This document shows positions 55,994 through 63,018 of a stretch of 63,018 nt of DNA, piece by piece. The DNA lies in UHGV virus genome UHGV-0170870; one strand, written 5' to 3'. The notes under the pieces are model-generated. The model had not been told where the DNA came from. It saw only the letters and a program-made list of their open reading frames with translations, and ran no database searches. The position numbers and the translations under genes were made by a program. Each line of letters begins with the position of its first letter. Position 1 is the first letter of the stretch. This DNA is from a virus.

Positions 55994-57837
55994 CAGTCTG
56001 TCTCCACGCGTTTGAAGTAGACGCGGTAGACCGAGAAGCGGGTCTTGACGATCACGTCGCCGTGTTGGTCGAAGAACATCTCTTCGATGCGGCTTGTGGT
56101 GATCGGCTCGCCGTCGATGAAGCGACCCTTGGTGTCGCCGTAGACAGGGCCTTTGACGCAAGGCGCATGCGTCGGATCGCTGGCCGTATCGTTGTAGAAG
56201 ACCGCTTCCTTGATAGTGCCGTGGACCTGCATAGGTTCCTTTCCGAGAGGCTTGCGATTCTCCGCCCACACGAACTTGTTCTCCGTGGGGCTGAGCGACT
56301 TCGAGTTCTGATCGCCAAGCGTCTCGGCGACGAGAGCCCACATGGGGTGATGGTGGGAGCCCGCGCCGAGCCTCCACTGCGTCGTGTTCTGATTGACGAA
56401 CTCGCGGAAGAGGCGCAGCGCGGTTGTCGGGTCGATGGCGGCCATCAGAACTTCTTCCCGTTGGCAGCCAGGCGCGCTTCCGGCTTGTGGTCCGCGCGAT
56501 GCTTGTTGTACTCGCGCTTCCGGCTTGTGGTCCGCGCGATGCTTGTTGTACTCGCGCTTCTCGGCGACAGCGGTCCACAGGTCGTAGCCGTGCTGCTTCG
56601 CGTACCCTTCGATCAACGCGATGGCGTGGATCAGCCGCAACGCGCGATCGCGATTCGACATTGCCCGGTTGACGTTCGTCACCATGCGGCTGATGCGGAG
56701 CAACGCCTGACCCTTGTTGGCCGGGAGATCGTCGACAGGGGTCTTGAAGTTGAACGACGACGAGAGCGGAATGCTACCGAGGATGTCCCCGATGCGAATG
56801 ACAGCGTCGGCCAACTCGACTTCCGCCATCTTCCGCTTCGGCAGATGGTCGTCCATCAAGTTCTTGCGCTCACCTTCCATACACTCCGCCAGCTCGGACA
56901 CGACGAGCATGAGCATCTCGCCCATGTTGCGGTTGAGCTTTTCGCCGGTCGCCGGATCGTGCCACCAGTGCGCGTTGGCCGCATGGACTTCCTGCGCCCA
57001 TGCGTTCAGGCTTGCAGGACGGCCCTGCTCGAAGCGACGAAAGTCCCATCCCCCGCTCTCGCCCTTGTTGTAGTCGTCGTTTTCGAGAACAGCGTATCCG
57101 TTGTGGAAGCCGACGATGTTGTACGTCTTGCCGACCGTTAGACGACGGTTACCCTCGATGCAGCGAGCGGGGCCAAGCTTCAGCGCGCCCTTCTTCCGAT
57201 TCCACACGTCAAGCGCCTTCTCGGCCTGTGCGCGCGTCACGAACATCGACGCCGAGGGCGGAACGTCGCCAGCCGTGAACAGGTCATCGTCCTCGTTGAC
57301 ACGCGGGTCGATGTACGGCGTGCCGATCCACGGACGCTGCTCCTGCATGCGGGGCAGGGCGCGCGACGACGGACGCATCTGTTCGCCGTACAGTTCGCGC
57401 GGCGCGAGCGGCTTGGCGTCTGCGGGCAGAACGTCCTCGTTGAAGGACGCCTCGCGGTCGCGCAGCGCGTTCGCGACCTCGGACGGTTCGAGGCGTTGCG
57501 GCAACTCGGCCAGTTTCTTGCGGGCGAACTCCGCGACGGCCGGGAGGTCTTCCGGCTTCACGTCGGTCAGCCGGTTGGCCTTTCCGTGGACCCTGACGGC
57601 CGTGACAACGTGGAGCCTGTCGGGGTACGCGTCGCGCAGCTTCACCAAGAGCGCCTTGACCTCAGAGTGCGTCAAGGTGGGAGGCGCAGGCGGAGCGCCG
57701 GTCTTCGCAAAGGCGATCAGATCGGCACGGAGCTGCGCCGCCATCGCAGTTTCGATAGCCTCGCGCGTCGCACGATAGCTGCCGCCGAAGTCCTTCGGGA
57801 TGAGAAACAGAACAGTGGGGGTCATGGTAGGTGACAA
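55993..57837 (-). CDS. fusion ORF: unknown N-terminal domain + MazG-like NTP pyrophosphohydrolase-like domain, fused in frame to a downstream 150-aa ORF by a 40-bp tandem duplication
   Basis: MazG-like segment EMLMLVVSELAECMEGER...AEVELADAVIRIGDILG; removing one 40-bp repeat unit restores a stop (…HKPEARLAANGKKF*) overlapping ATG of the MAAIDPTT ORF. Confidence 0.5.
   Translation of the reverse strand: MSPTMTPTVLFLIPKDFGGSYRATREAIETAMAAQLRADLIAFAKTGAPPAPPTLTHSEVKALLVKLRDAYPDRLHVVTAVRVHGKANRLTDVKPEDLPAVAEFARKKLAELPQRLEPSEVANALRDREASFNEDVLPADAKPLAPRELYGEQMRPSSRALPRMQEQRPWIGTPYIDPRVNEDDDLFTAGDVPPSASMFVTRAQAEKALDVWNRKKGALKLGPARCIEGNRRLTVGKTYNIVGFHNGYAVLENDDYNKGESGGWDFRRFEQGRPASLNAWAQEVHAANAHWWHDPATGEKLNRNMGEMLMLVVSELAECMEGERKNLMDDHLPKRKMAEVELADAVIRIGDILGSIPLSSSFNFKTPVDDLPANKGQALLRISRMVTNVNRAMSNRDRALRLIHAIALIEGYAKQHGYDLWTAVAEKREYNKHRADHKPEARVQQASRGPQAGSAPGCQREEVLMAAIDPTTALRLFREFVNQNTTQWRLGAGSHHHPMWALVAETLGDQNSKSLSPTENKFVWAENRKPLGKEPMQVHGTIKEAVFYNDTASDPTHAPCVKGPVYGDTKGRFIDGEPITTSRIEEMFFDQHGDVIVKTRFSVYRVYFKRVETD
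56481..56560. repeat. Perfect 40-bp tandem duplication (2 units) inside coding sequence
   Basis: Units 56481-56520 and 56521-56560 are identical: CGGCTTGTGGTCCGCGCGATGCTTGTTGTACTCGCGCTTC; 40 is not a multiple of 3. Confidence 0.9.
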
Positions 57838-57840
57838 TCC

Positions 57841-58026
57841 TTACAGGCCAGACGCAGAAAGATAGGACCGGAGGGCGATGGTCCCGTGTGATGACGTTCC
57901 GAGGTAGGCGTCGAAGAACCAACCGCGCTCGCGCGCTATCGACACCCACGCCTCTCGAAAGATGTAGTTGAAGCGCATGCGAGCGATTTGCATGGCCCGC
58001 CCTTTGGCCTTGTCTTCAGGTGACAT
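57841..58026 (-). CDS. hypothetical small protein
   Basis: 61-aa ORF with GGAG RBS. Confidence 0.3.
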   Translation of the reverse strand: MSPEDKAKGRAMQIARMRFNYIFREAWVSIARERGWFFDAYLGTSSHGTIALRSYLSASGL

Positions 58027-58207
58027 CGTAGGCTCCCTTGTACGGATAGAGGATCGCGAGTTCGGAGACGGTGAGCTTCCCGATCTTCTCGGTCAGCTCA
58101 TGTTCTTGCAGCGGCACAGGCGGCCTGCCTGCGGCGCTGAACGGCTTTTCGTGCCAGACCTGGGGCTCCGGTCCTTTCAGGCCTTGCACATAGACGAACG
58201 TAGACAT
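58016..58207 (-). CDS. hypothetical small protein downstream of sigma factor
   Basis: AGGAGG RBS 5 nt upstream of ATG 58207. Confidence 0.35.
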   Translation of the reverse strand: MSTFVYVQGLKGPEPQVWHEKPFSAAGRPPVPLQEHELTEKIGKLTVSELAILYPYKGAYDVT

Positions 58208-58228
58208 GGGGGTCCTCCTGTTTGAAGT

Positions 58229-58726
58229 TCACAACGCTCCGGCGAGCGCTTCACGGGCGCGATGGACGCGAGACTTGACCGTCCCCATCGCGACGCCGGT
58301 TATCTCCTGCATCTCCTGATACGTGCAGCCGATCCCTGCGAGCACAACGGCATCCGCCTGCGCGTCGGGGAGATCGAGCAAAGCATCCCACGCCTCGGCC
58401 AGGATCATCGCGCGCTCCGGGTTCTCCGGCGCAACGATATGGTCCGCGTAATCCAGCTCGCCCGTATAGGTCAGCCGTTGCAGGCGCGGGCCACCGCCCT
58501 TCTGCTTGCGGTAGCCCTTGTTGAACCGATCACGGATCAGGTTCTTCAGGATCGTCATCAACCAGCCTTCCAGATTGCGGCCGTCGAAGCGCTTCCGGTT
58601 GGCGAGCGCGTTGACCATCGTCTGCGAGACCAGATCGTCCGCGTCGTCGGCATGGCCGATGTTTTTGAGCGCGTAGTTCTTGAGCAAGCGCCGCGATGCC
58701 CACACGCCCTGTTCGAATTGATCCAT
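58229..58726 (-). CDS. ECF-type sigma-70 family RNA polymerase sigma factor
   Basis: Region 2-like (VSQTMVNALANRKRFDG...WLMTILKNLIRDRF) and region 4 HTH (YQEMQEITGVAMGTVKSRVHRAREAL); start at internal ATG 58726; ORF track extends to 58879. Confidence 0.7.
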   Translation of the reverse strand: MDQFEQGVWASRRLLKNYALKNIGHADDADDLVSQTMVNALANRKRFDGRNLEGWLMTILKNLIRDRFNKGYRKQKGGGPRLQRLTYTGELDYADHIVAPENPERAMILAEAWDALLDLPDAQADAVVLAGIGCTYQEMQEITGVAMGTVKSRVHRAREALAGAL

Positions 58727-58730
58727 GCCG

Positions 58731-61019
58731 TCATTCCTTCTTGTAGCGATCATCGGACCAACCGCTGGCCGCGATGGGGAGCCCGAGCCGGTTGCCTTTC
58801 GGCAGAGCCCACACAGGCGGGGTGGTGAAGATTTCGTGGAACTCGTCCTCGCTGCCGAAGTCCTCGTCGGTCTCGGCAACGCCTTCGTCGTGGACGCTCA
58901 GCACGTTCTCGTAGCCTGCGGCTTCGGTGTTCATGATCGCGTTCGCCATCACGTCGCGAGCTGCGGCCTGCGTGACGTTCTCCGCGCCGAGCCCGCCGTA
59001 GTAGTGCTGGTCGGACCACTTGCGGGTGAAGCTGTCGTTCGCCTTGAAGATCAGCGTGCGCTTCGACTTGCCCCACGGGGTCGGCTTCCACTCGACACGC
59101 GGATACGGATAGAAGATCGAACGGCCACTCGGCAGCTTGCAGCGGAGGAACGAGCCGGTCATGTTGAACGTGATGAACTCGCCCGCCTTGAACTTCTGGC
59201 CGGGGTTCTCCACCGCGTTGATCGCCGCCTCTTCGAGGTCGTACCAGAACTGCACGATCTCCGGATTGTTCTCGCGCCAGGTGAGCTTGACCATCTCGGC
59301 CGCGAGCCAGGCCTTCTTCTTGATGCCCGACTTCCGGCCGCGATCCTTCCAGCCTTCGAGCGCGCGATCCCGGTTGTCCGGCGACGTGACGGCCCACACC
59401 GTGTCGAAGATGAGCGCCAGGTCGACGCGGTAGACCTTCGCCATGTTGGCGAACGCCGACGCGCCACCGCCGAAGCCGAGCGCGAGCACGGCGACCTTGC
59501 CGACCTGGCGCTGATCCTTGCTGACCTCTGCGACCGGGATGTTGTAAATCTGCGAGGCCGCGACCTTGTAGTTGTCGGGGCCGTTACCCTTATCGAACTC
59601 GAAGAACGCCGCGATAGCTTCGTGCGCGCCAGCCAGCCAGGGCAGGGTGCGGGCCTCGATGCCGGTCAAGTCACGCGAGCGCAGCACCCGGCCCTCGGGG
59701 GCCATGAGCATGCCGCGCAGACAGTCGGCGACCACCGAGATCGGCGGCCCGAAGATCGCAGCAATGTCCTGCCGGGACCAACCGGCCTTGATGCACTTGA
59801 TGGCGAACGGAACGTCGGTCTTCAGCGCGGGGTCGGGACGCGGCAAGTTCTGCAACTGCACGCCACGCGCGGCCCATCGGCCGGTCTGTGTCGCGCCGTG
59901 GTATTGCAGCGAGCCCTTGATCTTGCCGTCCTTGCAGACGCGCTCCGTGAAGGCCTTCAGCTTGGCGATGGACGCCTTACCGGCTTCTAGCCTGATCTCG
60001 ACCGCACGGCGCGCATCGTCCGGCAGGTCGTCCCGGCCGAGCAGCTTTTCGAGCGTTTCCTTCGAGCAGTTCTCAATCTGATGGTCTGACAGCTCATCGG
60101 CCAGACGGGCGTTGACGAACTCTTTGAGCTGCTTGACCGCGCCGAGCGTCGAGACGCGCAGTTCGGTGACCTGGCGCAGCTCGAACTCAAGGGCTTCCTT
60201 TTCCTCGTTGCAGATTTTCTCGGCCTTGGCGACCAAGTCCATGTCGACCATGATGCCACGGTCGTTGATGATCTGATCGAGGAACCAAAGCTCCTGCTCG
60301 CGCGAGATGAGCTTGGTGACGCGATGCCCGATGCCCTGCTCGACGCGAACGTCTTGCAGACAGTAGTCGTAGATGATCTTGAACTTGTCCGGCGCGTTCT
60401 CCGGGGTGAAGCGCGTTTCCGGGTTCTTCTTCGACGGCTTACGCGGCTTGCAGAGCTGCTTGATGACGCGCGAGCCGACATCGTCCTTGCGGATCGGCAG
60501 GCCGAAAGCCGGAGCGGCGTGCTCCAACTTCGCGGGCATGTTCATCGCCATCGCGCGGACCATGATGCAACGGTACTGGCGCAGGTCAGGGACCGGCCAG
60601 CCGTACTTCGGGCCTGCGACGTACAGCCAGATCAGCCGTTCGAAGTTGGCGTTCCAGGCGTGGACTTCGCCGCCAGCCTTGACGTGGTCGACGATGTCCT
60701 GGGGGCAGGGCTCGTCAGGAAACCAGAGCTGCGGTTCATCGTCGCCGAACGCATAGGCGGCGCAAAGAATCTCCGTGCTCTTGTGCTCGGCGTACTTGTG
60801 CGCGCCGACATCGGGCAGGTCGATCTCGCTGTACGTTTCCCAATCGAGATGCAGTTCGGCAGGCTTGTGGATCGCCGTGCGACGAGTGACGGGGCCATAG
60901 CCGAAGCGCTCGCGCAGAGAGGGGGGAACGTCGATCCCCATCTCGCGCATCATATCGGCGGCGCTGTCGTAGCCGAGCACTTCCCAATCGGCGAATTTGT
61001 CTAGGGCTTCATGCCGCAT
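58731..61019 (-). CDS. family A DNA polymerase with N-terminal 3'-5' exonuclease domain
   Basis: Exo motif DWETYSEID; polymerase motifs RQVGKVAVLALGFGGG and SVHDEGVAE; start proposed at ATG 61019 overlapping upstream stop; ORF track extends to 61067. Confidence 0.85.
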   Translation of the reverse strand: MRHEALDKFADWEVLGYDSAADMMREMGIDVPPSLRERFGYGPVTRRTAIHKPAELHLDWETYSEIDLPDVGAHKYAEHKSTEILCAAYAFGDDEPQLWFPDEPCPQDIVDHVKAGGEVHAWNANFERLIWLYVAGPKYGWPVPDLRQYRCIMVRAMAMNMPAKLEHAAPAFGLPIRKDDVGSRVIKQLCKPRKPSKKNPETRFTPENAPDKFKIIYDYCLQDVRVEQGIGHRVTKLISREQELWFLDQIINDRGIMVDMDLVAKAEKICNEEKEALEFELRQVTELRVSTLGAVKQLKEFVNARLADELSDHQIENCSKETLEKLLGRDDLPDDARRAVEIRLEAGKASIAKLKAFTERVCKDGKIKGSLQYHGATQTGRWAARGVQLQNLPRPDPALKTDVPFAIKCIKAGWSRQDIAAIFGPPISVVADCLRGMLMAPEGRVLRSRDLTGIEARTLPWLAGAHEAIAAFFEFDKGNGPDNYKVAASQIYNIPVAEVSKDQRQVGKVAVLALGFGGGASAFANMAKVYRVDLALIFDTVWAVTSPDNRDRALEGWKDRGRKSGIKKKAWLAAEMVKLTWRENNPEIVQFWYDLEEAAINAVENPGQKFKAGEFITFNMTGSFLRCKLPSGRSIFYPYPRVEWKPTPWGKSKRTLIFKANDSFTRKWSDQHYYGGLGAENVTQAAARDVMANAIMNTEAAGYENVLSVHDEGVAETDEDFGSEDEFHEIFTTPPVWALPKGNRLGLPIAASGWSDDRYKKE

Positions 61020-61596
61020 CGTAGCGCCCCGGATGTTTCTCGGTGCTGGTGAGCGGTTGGAAGCCACGGATCGGCGGCAGAAGCGTCGTCCAGATGTACC
61101 AGCTACAGTTCATGGTCGGACGGCCTTCGCCGGTCACGTCGAGCCGCCAGGTGAGCGGCAGGATCAACGAGGGCTTGTGCATCGCGAACAGCTCGACGCG
61201 GTTCTTGGCGTGGTACAGGCCGCTCGGCAGGAGCATCGCAATGTGGTCGATCCCCAGGATGGTCTGCGCGTGAACGAGGAACTCGTCCGACAGCGAGAAG
61301 GGAGGGTTGGTGATGATCGACGGAGCGAGCGGGCGATCCTGCGACAGGAAGTTCACGCCGATCCGGCCGTAGCCACGATCCGTCAGGTTAGACGAGAAGA
61401 CGTTGAAGCCCGCAGCCAAGAGCTGCTTCGAGATATGACCGGCTCCGCAGGCGTTCTCCCACACGTCGTTCGGCCAGCCGATCTCGCGCAGGGTGGGGAT
61501 CAAGGCGCGCGTCGTCCCCTCCGCAGTCGGAAAGAACTCATCGCCCTTCTCGCGCTTGCCGTTGCCGCCGTTCATAGCTGCGCCGATATTCTTCAC
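61009..61596 (-). CDS. DNA methyltransferase (amino-MTase, NPPF motif; probably N6-adenine)
   Basis: ENACGAGHIS (motif I-like) and IITNPPF (motif IV); 195 aa, no adjacent restriction enzyme seen. Confidence 0.55.
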   Translation of the reverse strand: MKNIGAAMNGGNGKREKGDEFFPTAEGTTRALIPTLREIGWPNDVWENACGAGHISKQLLAAGFNVFSSNLTDRGYGRIGVNFLSQDRPLAPSIITNPPFSLSDEFLVHAQTILGIDHIAMLLPSGLYHAKNRVELFAMHKPSLILPLTWRLDVTGEGRPTMNCSWYIWTTLLPPIRGFQPLTSTEKHPGRYDAA

Positions 61597-61715
61597 TGTG
61601 TCTCCATTGTCGGTGATGCGAAAACGGGCGTGGTACTATCCCCCGCCCGCTGCGCTTCTTAGGCGCTTCGCATGCGACCCTCCTGCGTTGGTGGAACATC
61701 GCTGTCCATTAGTGC

Positions 61716-61760
61716 AGTGGTCGAAATGTAAGCTGACGCACCTTACACGTCAACTAAATT
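61716..61760 (-). promoter_or_regulatory. promoter-like element (TTGACG-N17-TACATT)
   Basis: Minus strand TTTAGTTGACGTGTAAGGTGCGTCAGCTTACATT upstream of methyltransferase-polymerase operon. Confidence 0.4.
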
Positions 61761-61762
61761 CC

Positions 61763-62047
61763 CTAGCCGAGGGGGTCGTCCTCAGCCAGCTCCGAAGTCG
61801 CGGTGTTGAAGCCAAACAGTTGCTCATAGAGCGACATGTTGGTGTCGTGCGCCGCCTGCTCGTCGAGAGCTGCCGCTTCGTTCATGCGGATTTTCACCAG
61901 GGCGGCGACCTGCTTGAAGTCGACGCCGGTCTCGTCCGAACGACCCTTGATCTCGGTCTTCAGGTCGGCCTTCGAGTCGGTGTATTCCGCCTTCACGTCA
62001 GCGAAGCCCTGCTCGATGTTGAAGAGCCGCTCGACGTAGCTCTTCAT
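61763..62047 (-). CDS. DUF2312-like (UPF0335) small protein
   Basis: TGVDFKQVAALVKIRMNEAAALDEQAAHDTNMSLYEQLFG pattern; start at internal ATG 62047; ORF track extends to 62206. Confidence 0.4.
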   Translation of the reverse strand: MKSYVERLFNIEQGFADVKAEYTDSKADLKTEIKGRSDETGVDFKQVAALVKIRMNEAAALDEQAAHDTNMSLYEQLFGFNTATSELAEDDPLG

Positions 62048-62084
62048 GACATCGGTGTCGACGTTGTCGGCGTTGTTGGGTTCG

Positions 62085-62315
62085 TCACTCACGGTGTGTA
62101 GCCTCGCGCATGATGGCGATTGCGAAGTCGACCGCCTCGTCCCGATCCATGCCGATAACGTCCCCGTCGTTGACGCTGAACGTGAGCCAGTAGTGCTCAC
62201 GCGCATTCACTGCGGGGTCCACCGAAGCGATGAGGGTGTCGCCACCCCCATCCTTGAACTTCAGCGTGCGCAGATCGGGGATGCCCCGGTCGTTCTTGAA
62301 CTTGATCTTCGCCAT
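62085..62315 (-). CDS. hypothetical protein
   Basis: Start at ATG 62315 overlapping upstream stop (TGATG); ORF track extends to 62498. Confidence 0.35.
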   Translation of the reverse strand: MAKIKFKNDRGIPDLRTLKFKDGGGDTLIASVDPAVNAREHYWLTFSVNDGDVIGMDRDEAVDFAIAIMREATHRE

Positions 62316-62974
62316 CAGTCCAGCGCGTCCTCGTCTTCGTCCTCGTCGTCGACCGCGCTGAAGGCTTCGCCCTTCGAACCGCCGCCCTTCGAGATCGAGT
62401 CGTCGTTGCCGAGCAACTGAACGGCGTCGACGTAGAACTTGACGCCCTTGTTGTCGTCGCGGTTGTACGCCTTCGGCTGAAGCATCAGGCGACCCCAACG
62501 GCCGCTGTACGCCTCGGTCTGGATGTCGTCGAGATCGAGAACCTCACCGGCGCTGTTGCGCACGACCGGACGCTTCGAATAGGCGTTCGGGCGAATGAGC
62601 TTCCAGCCTTCCAGATCGACCGGCTCACCCTTCGACGTGATGTCGGCCAGGTTGATGTCGGCGTCGAGGAACGGGAAGTTCAGCTTGTGGTCGGACCACT
62701 TGGTGAAGTCGGACAGGACCGACGACTCGATGATCTTGCCCTTCTTGTTCTTGAACTTCTCGGCCACCGCCAGGTCGAGGATGACCTTCTCGATGGGCGC
62801 GTGGTTCACATGGGGCGCGAAGATCATCGACGCGGCGAACTGGCCTTCGTCATCCGGCTTGGCATCGCGGGCACGGAATTTCTTCGCGAGCGCCACGAAC
62901 ACCAGGCGTCCCTTCGGAGACATCCAGCGGTCTTCGCTCTCGATGTAGTGCCACTTCTTCAGGTCGGTAGTCAT
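62315..62974 (-). CDS. putative ssDNA-binding protein with acidic C-terminal tail
   Basis: 219 aa; C-terminal KGEAFSAVDDEDEDEDALD tail; first gene of the replication operon; family assignment tentative. Confidence 0.35.
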   Translation of the reverse strand: MTTDLKKWHYIESEDRWMSPKGRLVFVALAKKFRARDAKPDDEGQFAASMIFAPHVNHAPIEKVILDLAVAEKFKNKKGKIIESSVLSDFTKWSDHKLNFPFLDADINLADITSKGEPVDLEGWKLIRPNAYSKRPVVRNSAGEVLDLDDIQTEAYSGRWGRLMLQPKAYNRDDNKGVKFYVDAVQLLGNDDSISKGGGSKGEAFSAVDDEDEDEDALD

Positions 62975-63018
62975 AGAAAGGTTACCCTCCTAGGTCTCAG
63001 GTCGTCAGGTGACAGACC

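Larger units (their letters stand above)
1..63018. mobile_element. Temperate phage / phage-plasmid genome (lambda-like head genes, Mu-like contractile tail genes), probably circularly permuted
   Basis: Terminase, portal, S49 protease, capsid, sheath, tube, tape measure, baseplate, fibers, lysis cassette, integrase with tRNA-like att sequence, replication and ParA genes; leftward operons appear continuous across the window ends. Confidence 0.7.

Noticed and set aside
55850-56578. 242-aa ORF in the ORF track
   Set aside because: It is the out-of-frame read across the 40-bp duplication; only its last 47 codons (55850-55993) look like a real small membrane-protein gene

Overview
The window reads as a nearly complete, GC-rich temperate phage or phage-plasmid genome of about 63 kb, apparently linearised at an arbitrary point. 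All calls are from reading the sequence and ORF track by eye; no database search or folding program was run. Layout: a leftward early/replication region (RuvC-like resolvase, SNF2 helicase, DUF2800-like nuclease at 69-6918) that seems to continue across the window ends into a second leftward operon (SSB-like, methyltransferase, family A DNA polymerase, ECF sigma factor, MazG-like protein, excisionase-like protein, tyrosine integrase at 53888-62974). Rightward from 7106: DUF932-like protein, primase-helicase, ParA-like ATPase; then a lambda-like head module (24019-31742), a Mu-like contractile tail module (34273-47795), a lysis cassette (47868-49278) and an accessory region ending at a tRNA 3'-end-like sequence next to the integrase (attP-like). 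The most striking non-coding signal is three type II hammerhead ribozyme motifs (20718-22972, minus strand), each placed just upstream of a small gene in a lower-GC cassette. Other notable signals: a dense GGAAGG/CCTTCC hexamer array (15290-15640), a perfect 40-bp tandem duplication that fuses two ORFs (56481-56560), a family of near-identical promoter-like elements, a 12-nt homopolymer between an RBS and its start codon, and an acidic peptide motif shared by three replication proteins. Many hypothetical CDS have uncertain starts.
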